63,176 bases of DNA, filler included, from Halorussus marinus (GCF_004765795.1; 4 parts of 4 records of this genome joined end to end with filler, not necessarily neighbours in it); one strand, 5' to 3'. Positions 47,501 to 57,773 are shown, counted from the first letter of the whole stretch. The notes: generated by a model from the sequence alone, not told the origin. Numbers and translations: made by a program.

Positions 47501-47827
47501 ATGAGCGACGAGTCAGGCAGCGACTCAAGTAACAATTCCTCAAACAACTCTTCGTCCACCAACGATACCAAGCAAGACTCACTTGCCGCCAATAAAAACC
47601 AGCAGGCTGATCCAGAACGCATCACCAGAGCGAACGCTGGCACAAAAAACACGGACAGCTCTGCTTCGGAAACTCAGAAAAAAAGCGCCGACAAGAATCC
47701 ATCCGGCGGCAACGAGACTCCCTCTGCTGACGACGTCTCGATCCCAAGCAGCGTTGACCCTAACGCCCCCGCTAATTCTAGCGGAGACGGTTCTGGCAGC
47801 TCCAGCAGTTCCGAGAGTAGCGAATAA
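47501..47827 (+). CDS. Low-complexity Ser/Asn/Asp-rich small protein
   Basis: Open 108-aa frame ending 12 nt before the next gene; T-rich box about 30 nt upstream. Confidence 0.5.
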   Translation: MSDESGSDSSNNSSNNSSSTNDTKQDSLAANKNQQADPERITRANAGTKNTDSSASETQKKSADKNPSGGNETPSADDVSIPSSVDPNAPANSSGDGSGSSSSSESSE

Positions 47828-47839
47828 CACAGAACACCC

Positions 47840-48559
47840 ATGGCAAGCCTGCCAGGAAGCGCAATCTTCTACGCCGTCCTCATCGCCCCTGGCTTCGTCG
47901 CCGTCATGACCGCCGTCTCCCTAGCCGCGATCGAAGACGACATCAAGCAGTTTGTCCTGCTCATCTGGAGCCTCGTCTCCAGCCTTCTGATCGACGCCCT
48001 GTTCATCGGCGCCTATCAACAGTTCGTCGAACCCATCACCTCGTTCGCACAGTTTCAATCCATTCTGTTCGACCCGGCCTTTCGAATTGATTATATCCTC
48101 ACCATCTTCGCAGTGTCTTTGTTCGTCGGCGTACTCTATGCCGCAGCCATTCTCATTGACCTACCAGGGATTCTACGGGGTATCCTCCAATCAAAAATGC
48201 AAATCTCGTACTCCCGCCGACAGCCGTGGGAAGACTATCTAAAACACGCTGACCAAGTAATGATCAAGACCAGTGATGACCAGTTGTACATCGGGGATGT
48301 TAGTGGATGGAGTCGGGCTGGCCGAAACCGAGAACTTCGAATCAGCGATCCACACCGGTACAATGAGAACAATAAGGAATTCGAGTCGGTTGGTGGGCCG
48401 GAGCAGCTCTTCTTGGATGCTGATATTCAGCGCGTTACCGTGTTGAAAAAAGATCAGATCCTGCCGATTCGTGAACGAGTGAAACAGCGGGTAGTTGCGT
48501 GGAGGCAGCAGCTCAAGCCGGGGGATTCCGAGGCCCTAGAACCGACCGGAGACGACTGA
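47840..48559 (+). CDS. DUF6338-like membrane protein
   Basis: LIAPGF, three TM helices, PWEDY, Sm-like beta C-terminus (LYIGDV). Confidence 0.75.
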   Translation: MASLPGSAIFYAVLIAPGFVAVMTAVSLAAIEDDIKQFVLLIWSLVSSLLIDALFIGAYQQFVEPITSFAQFQSILFDPAFRIDYILTIFAVSLFVGVLYAAAILIDLPGILRGILQSKMQISYSRRQPWEDYLKHADQVMIKTSDDQLYIGDVSGWSRAGRNRELRISDPHRYNENNKEFESVGGPEQLFLDADIQRVTVLKKDQILPIRERVKQRVVAWRQQLKPGDSEALEPTGDD

Positions 48560-48683
48560 GCGACGGTTGCGAACATTGGCGTCACGGACAGTTTCATCGA
48601 ACCGCGAACCACTAAGAGACCTTAGCAGGAGCAGTCTGAAGGCCTTTTCCACGGAGTGAACGTTGCAAAGACACGTATTCCGA

Positions 48684-49040
48684 CTACTCGTTGTAGTAGA
48701 TGTGGAGATCGGCAAAGTCCTGCCAGTTCTGTAGGAGGTAGGTTCGCATCCGTCGGTAGGAATAGTCGTCGTCAAGCCACACCTTCTTTTCTTCGTTGCT
48801 GTCGGGAGGGAGGTACTCCTTGTCGAGGTGAGGTTGGTCGTGGCGCGTATCCATCCTCACGATTTCGTCGTTTTCGTCGAGTGGGGATTCGGCTTTCTGG
48901 ACAAGAGACCACCCGTAGTTCTCGGCATCTTCTGCGGGGTCGTAGTCGTCGTAGCCGCTGGGGTCTGGTTCGACATACCCGACGAGGAAGTAGTTGTCCC
49001 CTCGATAATTTCCGAGGTCGATACTGTCAAATCGTTCCAT
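48684..49040 (-). CDS. Hypothetical protein with RxDxxH...H motif
   Basis: EIVRMDTRHDQPHLD; acidic composition. Confidence 0.7.
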   Translation of the reverse strand: MERFDSIDLGNYRGDNYFLVGYVEPDPSGYDDYDPAEDAENYGWSLVQKAESPLDENDEIVRMDTRHDQPHLDKEYLPPDSNEEKKVWLDDDYSYRRMRTYLLQNWQDFADLHIYYNE

Positions 49041-49078
49041 CGACCATCACCTGTACACCTGTCGTTGTAGCGTTTGTG

Positions 49079-49205
49079 TTTGTAGTCATTCAAATCATCC
49101 GAGAATCCGCTGCTCGCGCGCGCCCGTCGCACCAACATAGCCCTCGCTCTGAAGTTGGTGATTTCACGGTGTAGAAGGCCGCTACTCAGACAGTAGATGG
49201 GTAGA
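49079..49205. mobile_element. 127-bp repeat at a contig end, probable terminus of a multicopy IS
   Basis: Identical to 59545-59671; both abut assembly gaps and have different flanks. Confidence 0.7.
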
Positions 49206-49305
49206 NNNNNNNNNNNNNNNNNNNNNNNNNNNNNNNNNNNNNNNNNNNNTTAATTAATTAANNNNNNNNNNNNNNNNNNNNNNNNNNNNNNNNNNNNNNN
49301 NNNNN
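49206..49305. other. Artificial contig linker
   Basis: Ns + TTAATTAATTAA. Confidence 0.98.
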
Positions 49306-49410
49306 CCCCGATGAAGCGGGAGATTTGCGTCATGGTCAACGGAACTCTCCCGCTTCAACTCCTTTGATTTAGCGGCCTACCTCTCTGCCGTATGGCGATT
49401 CAACACAGCC
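49306..49410 (-). mobile_element. Left end of the IS5-family element, second copy
   Basis: Identical to 22-126, with a different flank. Confidence 0.85.
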
Positions 49411-49423
49411 CTTTTACCCCATA

Positions 49424-50120
49424 GGCACTGTTCAGATAAGGATGAAGGATGAGGCGGTTCGATTTGCTAGTGATCCATGCCAGAAATCGACCGCCTCAAC
49501 GGAGCTAGCGACTCGATCGAGTTAGAGTTTATGGAGCGAGAAGCGACACCGGAGCCGCTGATGAAGCTCAGTATCCACCTGCATGCGGCCGGATTATCAC
49601 TCTCGGATACTGTTTCGGTCTTAGAACAATTCGGTGTCAAACGGTGTCGATCCACTATCCACAATTGGGTGCAGAAAGCCGATCTACAGCCAACTGACGG
49701 CAAAAACCCGAATCACGTTGTCGTCGATGAAACCGTGATTCAACTCAACGATCAACGCTACTGGCTGTACGCCGCCGTCGATCCTCAAACCAACGAATTT
49801 CTCCACGCCAAGCTCTATCCGACACGAACTATCGTTGTGACGAAGCAGTTTCTCACCGAATTACAAGAGAAACACCGCGTCGCCGACGCGGTGTTTCTCG
49901 TCGATGGCGCGCCGTGGTTACAGGCCGCACTCTTCGAGCAAAACCTCCGATTTCAGTATGTCACACATGGAAATCGGAATAGCGTCGAACGTGTCTTCAA
50001 AGAGCTAAAACGCCGAACGAAACAGTTCGCCAATCATTTTCGCCACGCGACTCACCGCTCTGCCGAAAATTGGTTGCAGACCTTCGCCTTCGCATGGAAT
50101 CAGCTAATCTGAACAATGCC
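49424..50120 (+). mobile_element. IS6-family insertion sequence, 697 bp
   Basis: TIRs GGCACTGTTCAGATAAG / GGCATTGTTCAGATTAG; 8-bp target duplication ACCCCATA (49416-49423, 50121-50128). Confidence 0.95.
49477..50112 (+). CDS. IS6-family transposase
   Basis: VDET, WLYAAVD, FLVDGA, RNSVERVFKELKRRT. Confidence 0.95.
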   Translation: MPEIDRLNGASDSIELEFMEREATPEPLMKLSIHLHAAGLSLSDTVSVLEQFGVKRCRSTIHNWVQKADLQPTDGKNPNHVVVDETVIQLNDQRYWLYAAVDPQTNEFLHAKLYPTRTIVVTKQFLTELQEKHRVADAVFLVDGAPWLQAALFEQNLRFQYVTHGNRNSVERVFKELKRRTKQFANHFRHATHRSAENWLQTFAFAWNQLI

Positions 50121-50168
50121 ACCCCATAGTGGGCAAACACTTTAACGACTCAATTTATCTTTCAGACT

Positions 50169-51344
50169 ATGTTCGGCGGGGATGATGACGAAGAGGACGA
50201 AGTTAGTCCGGAACAGAAGCCTGAGCGTATTTCTGAATTGATTGAGGCCGTCCCTCCAGAAGCGGAAGAAGAGGCCACAGAATTCGTAAGAACCGTAGAT
50301 GATGCTGATGAAGCGATAAAGGGACTCGAACAGATAATCGCAGAGAATAGTCCTGACTCGCCCGACGAAGCAGTTCGACAAGCGGAGACATTAGATGGAC
50401 TGGAGCGACTACTTGCGACGGATGGCAGTATCACCTCTTGGGTTGGAAGTCGAGTTGGCATGATTAAAGGGAGCGAGAGCGCTCAGTTACGGGAAGTTCT
50501 CGCAGAATTTCCAGACCGGATCCAAGCAAAAGCAGACGAGATCGTAGAAGAAGGGGAATCAGCAGAGGAGGTAATCAATAATCTTGAGACCTTGACTGAG
50601 GAGTTCCACGAACAACGTTCCGACGATATCGTAGCTGAAGCCGAATCATTGGAGGACTTAAAATCGTCGCTCGGTAATGACGAATCTCAGGAAGAATCTG
50701 ACGAAGGACGTTCTCTTTTAGGGAAGATTCGGAATAAGACAGACGAAGGAATAGAAGAGACGCAACACACGTTTGAAAATGCAGAACCGCATGAGGCTGC
50801 GACGTGGGGATTGATGGCTGGTTTAGCGGTGATGAACCCGGCTTTGGGAGCACCAGCAGTTGCAGCGTCAACTTCAACTAGTGCTTTAGTTGCTGCGTCG
50901 GCTTTAGGTGGTGGTGCTATCGGTGCATACGCAAGTAGCCACAATGACTCCGCTCTAAACGATGTTGATCCCACAGAACTGTTGAATCAGTCACAGCAGA
51001 TGGCAGAGAAAGGACGGGACATCGAGGATATCGACGGGGAAACTCTTGGAGCAGCACTTGGAGCCTCTTCCTACCTCGCGGATATCCTCGTTCCAGAAGC
51101 TTATGCCCAATGGGTCACGCACGCTGACCCAGAAGCGATGTTGGAAGGAGCAAGTTTGGGAGCACAACACGCGGCGGCGAACGAGGTAGGAATATCACGG
51201 AGACAGGGTAAGACTGTCGGGGCAGGTCTTGGTCTTATGATTGGGTATGCCCGGTCTGGCGAGTCGGACGACGCTCTACAAGAAGTCCTCGACGCAGACT
51301 TGTTCAAAGAGTACCAAGATCAAGTTCGCGTTTTAGAGGAATAG
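50169..51344 (+). CDS. Hypothetical acidic helical protein with Gly/Ala-rich hydrophobic segments
   Basis: 391-aa ORF; small-residue zipper segments (ALGGGAIGAY, LGAALGA, VGAGLGLMIG). Confidence 0.75.
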   Translation: MFGGDDDEEDEVSPEQKPERISELIEAVPPEAEEEATEFVRTVDDADEAIKGLEQIIAENSPDSPDEAVRQAETLDGLERLLATDGSITSWVGSRVGMIKGSESAQLREVLAEFPDRIQAKADEIVEEGESAEEVINNLETLTEEFHEQRSDDIVAEAESLEDLKSSLGNDESQEESDEGRSLLGKIRNKTDEGIEETQHTFENAEPHEAATWGLMAGLAVMNPALGAPAVAASTSTSALVAASALGGGAIGAYASSHNDSALNDVDPTELLNQSQQMAEKGRDIEDIDGETLGAALGASSYLADILVPEAYAQWVTHADPEAMLEGASLGAQHAAANEVGISRRQGKTVGAGLGLMIGYARSGESDDALQEVLDADLFKEYQDQVRVLEE

Positions 51345-52380
51345 ATGAGCGTCGGAGAACCGTTTCTTCTAGATTCATAGACGGTGAACTAACGAACTCC
51401 GTTTTGGTAACCCAATAGAGGCAATAAGGAGGTAGAGGCAAGCTAAAACTGCGCAGTGGTCTGTGCGAAATCCCCAGAAGGAAGCGTGTTGGAACCACAT
51501 TAGTTAGATTTACGACCACATTGCTGGTTTCGGCTCTAATTCCAAGCAGATTTTGCACGCAACTATCAAACAGACTAAGAGTGGATTCAGAGCGCTCCAC
51601 CACCCGATTTCCCTCACTAGGACCCCGTACTCTTCAGTCTCCTTCTCGGGCTCGATATGCTCGTGTGCCAATGGTTTGTGCTTGTTGCAGTACCCGGGCT
51701 CGTCCTTTGGTTCTCAAGGACAGCAATTGTCTTGGCATGTAGTCTCTTCTTTCTTCGGGCATTTGTGGTTCATCTTCGCCGTCAACGTGTCGAACGAGTC
51801 CCGGCAGAGCACGCAGACGTGGTCGTCACACCGATCAACTCTCACATTATTGTTACTCGGGACTCTTTTCTGAAGTTTACCTCACTGTTCGAGACGACGA
51901 TAGTCAAGAGGCGCAGACGTTCCTTGAAGCGAATTATCCAGGAGTGGGACTGCTAATATTGAATCTTGAGCCACGAGACTTATCGCGAAAACGCCAAGCA
52001 AAACCACTCGAATTACGAAAAGTCCTGTTGGACGGTGTTCCGGGACGAATCTTGGGTTCCAAATAGTACGCGACTGCAGAGCGGCTACTGGTTATTTTTT
52101 AGGAGATCGTTCATGCTCTGCCGGGGACCGGATTTCATCGGATTGCTCGACGAGTCGAATACCGGCGTATGAACTCGCTTGCCGACAGAGGTAAGTCGCG
52201 GCCGCGATGCGGTCTGCGAGGACTGCATCTGTGTCCCACCCTCGTCATCATTACTGGGTTCGTCGGCAGGGAGTTTCAGTACTTCACAAAGCCGGTTAGT
52301 TAGGACGTCTGCTTGCTGCGAATGTGCCTAGCAAACAGCAGCAAGCAGACAATGAAATTCACGAGGACCAGCTCCTTATA

Positions 52381-53446
52381 CTGACGGCTAAAAATTCATG
52401 GAGCTTGAGGAACAAGGATCAGTATGGCGACGTTGGAGAACGTCTCTGTTGAAGACCTCCGCCAGATCTTGGCGGAGGTCGATGATGCCGACGCGACAAA
52501 GCGGCTTATGGCCGCGATCACCTACAAAGAAATGGACGATCTCACGCAAGCGGAAGCTGCCGAACTCTACGGATTTTCTAGCAGTTGGGCCTCAAAATGG
52601 TTCAACCGACTCGAACGGCTCGCCGACGAGCCGTTCGAGGAGGTCGTCTACGACAAACCACGAGAGGGCAGGCCGTCCGAGCTCTCCGAACAAGAGCACG
52701 AGCAGTTCGTTGAAGCACTCCACGACTCACCCGAGGAAGTCGGATATGACGCGCCCGCGTGGTCTGTTCCACTCGCGCGTCACTATCTCGCTGAAGAATT
52801 CGACGTTGAGTACTGTGAACGTCACGTCCGACGATTGATGTCCGAGGCCGGGCTGTCCTGGAAGACAGCCCGGCCGGAGTTTCACAAATCCGACGAGAGA
52901 GCTCAAGAAGCCTGGCAAGACGGCTTCAAAAAAAGCGCGACAACCTGGACGACGAATACACGATCCTGACCATCGATCAGACGCGTCAGGTTCTCTCGAC
53001 GCTGATCTATGCCTGGTTCCCGGAAGGAGAGCGCCCGTCACTGCCGGTGACGGGCGCGTGGGACAGCATCAAGTTGCTCGGTGCAGTCAGCGATTCCGGA
53101 GAAACGTTCTTTCTGCCCTGTGACGAGAACTTCAACAGCGACACGACGATTCGCTTGCTAGACGCTCTCCAAACCGAATTCGGCGAGAAAATCTGCGTCG
53201 TCTTGGACAACGCGTCGTATTTCACGGCCAACGCAGTGCAGAAATTCGTCGAACACACGCCGATCGAACTGTGTTACCTTCCGCGGGGTTCACCGGAGCT
53301 GAACCCCGCGGAAGAGTGCTGGCGACAGCTTGATCAAGAGCTTGGCAACCGTCTGTTCGACACCCTCGACGATCTTCGTGATGCTGCGCTCTCTGCGCTC
53401 GATCGAATCGAAGTTCCAGATATCTTCACGTACTTATGTCCGTGAG
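52381..53446 (+). mobile_element. IS630-family insertion sequence
   Basis: Imperfect TIRs CTGACGG / CCGTGAG flanked by TA on both sides. Confidence 0.88.
52424..53445 (+). CDS. IS630 transposase in two frames joined by a -1 frameshift
   Basis: HTH ORF (GRP, W, LSWK..RP), A7 slippery run at 52928-52934, then IDQ, LDNASYF, SPELNPAEECW in the -1 frame. Confidence 0.9.
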
Positions 53447-53626
53447 TATGAGTTCGCAAATGAGGAACTCAACGACGAAGAATCCACAGAGTAGCTGTTT
53501 TCGCAGTGAGTGCTGTATCAATTCTCTTGACCGGAGATTCTCCTATGGGGGTGCTATTCTACAAATCTGGCTTTTCAACTTGAGCGTAGCTTTTTGATTT
53601 TCCTGTTCAGAAGTTAGTAGACGAAG

Positions 53627-53881
53627 ATGGCGGACGCACCAGATACCGAACGGCAGGCGGTCGAACCCGATGCGAGAGAGGACCTCAGCGTGCCACAGCT
53701 GAACGACCGGCTTGCGTCAGTCGTATAGGGCACGCCTGCCCTCAACGGCGTCCGTTGGATTGGCAAAATCACTGACCTCCACTAGGGCAGTACGGCACTC
53801 TATTTCACGCTCACCGGCGGCGACGACGAACTCCCCTGTATGGTCTTGGAAAGCCGGTACTGAGACATGGACGCGGAATTT
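53627..53881 (+). pseudogene. xseA: Decayed 5' fragment of xseA
   Basis: MADAPDTERQAVEP start and upstream sequence closely match 17443 onward; several stops and an indel. Confidence 0.88.
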
Positions 53882-54080
53882 AAATACAGAAGCGAGGTTA
53901 TTCCGTTCTACGACAATCTTCGATATCTTCGATGAGGGCTTCTGCTTGTGCTTCTGCCGTTTCGGAGTCCTCCTCCGGGGCAACCGATTTTGCATCTGGA
54001 CAGCGTGTCATAGAATTCGTCTCACACCCCCTACCTAGCGATTACACAGCTCGAATTTCGCGTCTACCCTGTGGGTCTCG

Positions 54081-54509
54081 TCAGCTGTCAATTTTATTCA
54101 GTATATGACCGATGGATAATAGCTGTCGGGAACCATTGTATGACACGCTCTCTGGATCGAAGGTCGGGAGTTCCTGTTCCCAGCCCTTCTCGGCGTAGCT
54201 GTCGTCGGGTGCTGACTCGAAGAATTGAACGAGTGAATCGAGCGATTCGAGCCGTCGCTTTAGCTTACTGGCTCGGCTTGGGTCGACGTAATAGACGTTG
54301 TCTGCTCGTTCGATAAGCCCGTACTCGAAGAGACGAGCCATCGTGCTTGACACGGCGGTCTTGTTGAGGGCTGTTCGGGCCGCAATTTCGCGTGGAGTGT
54401 AGCCGTATTCGCGGTGTGCGACAAGGAAGCTGAGAACGCGGTACTCGTTCGTGTCCGGCTTGATCGGGAACCGATCGTCACTCGTGAGTTCATCAACCGG
54501 AACGGGCAT
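54081..54509 (-). CDS. MarR-like winged-helix protein
   Basis: PDTNEYRVLSFL...GYTPREIA...VSSTMARL...GLI. Confidence 0.8.
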   Translation of the reverse strand: MPVPVDELTSDDRFPIKPDTNEYRVLSFLVAHREYGYTPREIAARTALNKTAVSSTMARLFEYGLIERADNVYYVDPSRASKLKRRLESLDSLVQFFESAPDDSYAEKGWEQELPTFDPESVSYNGSRQLLSIGHILNKIDS

Positions 54510-54652
54510 CCGTACTAGTACCTGTTGCCGGATGACAATACGGTTTTCGCAGATGGATATGTTTCGCCAAATATCTGAAGGACATTTCAGAGAATTTCGC
54601 TTCTGGCCAGTAGAAATATTATTCGAAATTTGCTGTCTAATCCTGTAGAGAC

Positions 54653-55699
54653 TTAATGACCAGCAGCAGGATGCTCATCGTCATTCCGAACATTCTCAAT
54701 CGGTTCGTAGTCCGCGGCTTTGCCGACTGGCTTGAACCCGGGAACGTAGCTGAAGCGTTTCCCTGGCTCCCTACGGAACATCAACGGGAAGGAGCCACGG
54801 TCCTCGCGAGCCCGGTACTGTGGCTCCCACTCACGGAATTCCATCGTCGGTTTGGCAACCTGCGGGGCAGGCAGTTCTGCACGCTCCAAATCTGGTAACT
54901 CAAGCACGCGCACCTCGAGTTCACGCGCCAGTTTCTCGGCCCGAGGCGTAAGCTCAGTCGTGTGACAGAGCACCGGCATCGCGCGACAAGCGAACGCCAC
55001 GGTACATAACCGGAAGAGAGCCGTCGGAGTGATTGGGTCGTCTGTCCAGTCTTTACACTGTGCGACAATCCAGTCGCTTGGCTGCTGCTGTTTCTCCTCC
55101 CGTCTGGCGACGACATCAATCTCCAGACTATAGAGGTGTTGGCGTGTCGCTGCACGGTATCCCCAGCGTCCGAGTGCACGCTCGAGTTGATACTCGAGCC
55201 ACCGCCCATCACCATTCCCACGCCCCCCGACGTGCGGGTCAACGTTGTCGAGGTTGATATCCTCTCTGTCGGCGAGAACTGGACTATCTTCCGGGACCGA
55301 TGACAGAATGTCTCGAAGGGCTGTCGCGTACTCGAGGGCTGTTGTGAACTTCTCGACAGGTGGTTCGTCATAGTGGTGGGCTGCCGGCTGTACAGCACGG
55401 AGTGAGCGAACTAGCCAGCACAACTGCCGTTCGATGTGAGTGAGTGCAGCCGCGTAGTCATCCCTTGATTCGGGAGTTCGATCTTCTGCTGAGTCAGCAT
55501 CTCGGTCTGGCTCGGGCAGAATCCGTTCGGCTTCAGTGATCGGCTGGCTTGCGAGAAAGAGGAGGCGGCGGGCGAACATCCGTTGGTCAGTAGGAAGTGA
55601 ATGATCGCGCTCGAGTGTTTCACGGAGTGCCTCGATTGTCTCCGTCAGCAGGCTCAGGCGGTCATCGTACTCCCCTGGAGTGGGCTCATCCATCGTCAT
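54653..55699 (-). CDS. Mrr-like PD-(D/E)xK nuclease with N-terminal helical domain
   Basis: LEYQL..AL..WGY, EIDVVA, IVAQCKDW, T.ELT..A..LA motifs. Confidence 0.8.
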   Translation of the reverse strand: MTMDEPTPGEYDDRLSLLTETIEALRETLERDHSLPTDQRMFARRLLFLASQPITEAERILPEPDRDADSAEDRTPESRDDYAAALTHIERQLCWLVRSLRAVQPAAHHYDEPPVEKFTTALEYATALRDILSSVPEDSPVLADREDINLDNVDPHVGGRGNGDGRWLEYQLERALGRWGYRAATRQHLYSLEIDVVARREEKQQQPSDWIVAQCKDWTDDPITPTALFRLCTVAFACRAMPVLCHTTELTPRAEKLARELEVRVLELPDLERAELPAPQVAKPTMEFREWEPQYRAREDRGSFPLMFRREPGKRFSYVPGFKPVGKAADYEPIENVRNDDEHPAAGH

Positions 55700-56387
55700 T
55701 GGTGAGTGGGCTTGGAGTGAACTGCAGGCGCGTCAGCGGCGTCTCTGACAGCGGTTTGACGGCTGGCTGACCCTTCTCCTGGAGGTGATGGTAGAGTTCC
55801 TCCTTGTCGGTTACAGTGTACCACTGGTGGCTATCCTGCTCGCGGTACCGCAGTTCATCGTCGACAGCCGCAACTACGCCTTGTTCACCCGTCGCCGTCG
55901 CATCGAAGACAAGGACATCTGGATCAGGGTGCGTCCATGTGCTGCGAATCCATTCGAGGTGCGTATCGAGTGTCGGAGGAGCCATGGGATCTGGATAGCG
56001 TGGTTCCGCCGGGGCGCTTATCGCAACGTCGTTGACGATGTTGCGACCGCAGACGCGCCATCCATCTCCAGTCCATTCGAGTTCACGACGCGTCCAGCTA
56101 TCGTCATCGCTGTCGGGGTCGAGGACGAGTCGCCGCGGTGGAGTACGAGGTGGGTCCCACTGGAGAACACATAATCCACCGTCAGGGAGTGTCTCGTCAT
56201 CCGTCCGGTGCTGGTGTTCGAGTAGCGCAGCGTCGATCTGTGAGCGTGCGCGCCGCAGTGTGGCGATCGGATCTTCAGCCGGTTTGGATGCAGTTGCTTC
56301 GTCCTCAACGACCGCCTCGAACAGCCGGTGGAAGCTGGCGTCGATATCCCGAAGCGTCGCGAGTGCGCGCTGTTGGCTGTCAGTCAT
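55686..56387 (-). CDS. Hypothetical protein
   Basis: Overlaps both neighbours; acidic; LPDGG motif. Confidence 0.7.
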   Translation of the reverse strand: MTDSQQRALATLRDIDASFHRLFEAVVEDEATASKPAEDPIATLRRARSQIDAALLEHQHRTDDETLPDGGLCVLQWDPPRTPPRRLVLDPDSDDDSWTRRELEWTGDGWRVCGRNIVNDVAISAPAEPRYPDPMAPPTLDTHLEWIRSTWTHPDPDVLVFDATATGEQGVVAAVDDELRYREQDSHQWYTVTDKEELYHHLQEKGQPAVKPLSETPLTRLQFTPSPLTNDDG

Positions 56388-56770
56388 GCGGTCTCCTCCG
56401 TGTCTGGCTTGTAGCAGGCAGTCTGTAGCCGGCGGATATATTCGGCGAGCGGCTCGGTGGCATCGGTTGGGGTCACTTCCTTTGGTCGGTCATCATAGTT
56501 GACAGCGCCGACCTCATCGAGTTTCTCAAGATGCGATTGGGTTAGCGTGATATAGACAGACGTACGCTCGTCGCTCCCCACTTTGCTGGGGTCGATCATG
56601 TTTTCGATGGCCGCGATTTCGATTGCGAGTTCGTTGGCAGTGACCCCGCTATGGGAGCGTGATAGGGACAATAAGACGCGGCGACGGCGGCTATTTGCAA
56701 TCGCATCGAACGCCTTGTCGGGATCCATCGGGATGGCGAGTGACGCTGTCTCGTCGTTCGGGGTGGACAT
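56384..56770 (-). CDS. Haloarchaeal ArsR-like HTH protein (DUF7344-like)
   Basis: FDAIANSRRRRVL, VYITLTQSHLEKLD..G.V.YD. Confidence 0.85.
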   Translation of the reverse strand: MSTPNDETASLAIPMDPDKAFDAIANSRRRRVLLSLSRSHSGVTANELAIEIAAIENMIDPSKVGSDERTSVYITLTQSHLEKLDEVGAVNYDDRPKEVTPTDATEPLAEYIRRLQTACYKPDTEETA

Positions 56771-57058
56771 TTAGATCACCCCCGCTGTGGGCGCCGTCTC
56801 CCGACTCCATTTTCCTGATTTCAACGTGGCCTCATCATCGACTCTGTGCTTGTCGAACCTGTCACGTCGCCACGCTCGATACTCCGTGAGCAGTGAAAGT
56901 AGTCGATCATCAGTGGTCTCGATGTCGTCGCTGGAGATTACTTCATCACGCTGGATTGCGAACTGTACGACTTGGTGAGTTAGTGGGTCAGTTTCGGGAG
57001 TCCTGTTCTGAGAGACAGAGTTATGACTCCTGACCCTGGTATTTTGGCTTGCTGTCAT
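56771..57058 (-). CDS. Hypothetical protein, first gene of the operon (start uncertain)
   Basis: Stop abuts the next ATG; same strand. Confidence 0.5.
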   Translation of the reverse strand: MTASQNTRVRSHNSVSQNRTPETDPLTHQVVQFAIQRDEVISSDDIETTDDRLLSLLTEYRAWRRDRFDKHRVDDEATLKSGKWSRETAPTAGVI

Positions 57059-57464
57059 TGGCTTGGCAGCACGGTTCCTCCGGCGTCCCAGCGCCGGAGG
57101 GCTTCTCAGGAATCGTGCTATTTCTGTGTCGGATACACTGTGACTTTTATATTTGTCCCACAAGTAGAAAACGCCATATTTTCTATTTTGAGCGACTGTA
57201 CCACCAGAACTGCCTTGTTGTCTTAACTATCTATTAAATCACACATCATCACCCGTGGTGGCTACAAACAATCTTCTCACTACCGTAGCTTATCCGAGCT
57301 AACTGCCGCTCATCGCGACACATTCGATCATAGGTGGCGCAGATCACACTCGATTGGGTTGAGACGCTACACGAAGTACTCAAACTCCACGGCCCGAGAA
57401 CGTCTCTATCGAGTAGATCACCACGGGCGGCTTACGTAGCCTTCTGGCTCTAGCTCCGACACGA

Positions 57465-57749
57465 CCGTTTTGAGCCTCTTGAGGAGGACGACGCATTCAC
57501 TCGTGAATACGTCGTCCACGGGGATGGTGAGTACGTAGATGGGGATGTCCATGTGAACACGTGCGAGAGCCACCGTCGCGTCAGCGACGCGTAGCTCTCG
57601 CCGCATCGAGGAGTCTCCAAAGACACACTCACACCGTATCTCCGAGCGTTTCAGCTTCGTCGTGAAGTCTTTCAAAAACCGGGTGAAGAAGCGCTCAAAA
57701 CCATCCTCGAAACTGTGTTGTGACTCACCAACAATCTACGCCACGAGCG
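57465..57749 (+). mobile_element. IS1595-family (ISH4-like) 3' remnant
   Basis: Frameshifted pieces REYVVH / GEYVDGDVHVNTCESH / LSPHRGVSKD.LTPYLRAFQLRR; ends in a CGCT-type terminal repeat. Confidence 0.8.
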
Positions 57750-57773
57750 TTGTTGTTTGGCTTACTCGGAAGG

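Noticed and set aside
48857..49138. ORFs starting MLVRRARASS (also 59401-59604)
   Set aside because: The shared start lies in the repeated element end and reads into unrelated flanks.
52920..52940. IS630 frameshift as inactivation
   Set aside because: An A-run at the ORF junction is the usual programmed -1 frameshift of split IS630 transposases.
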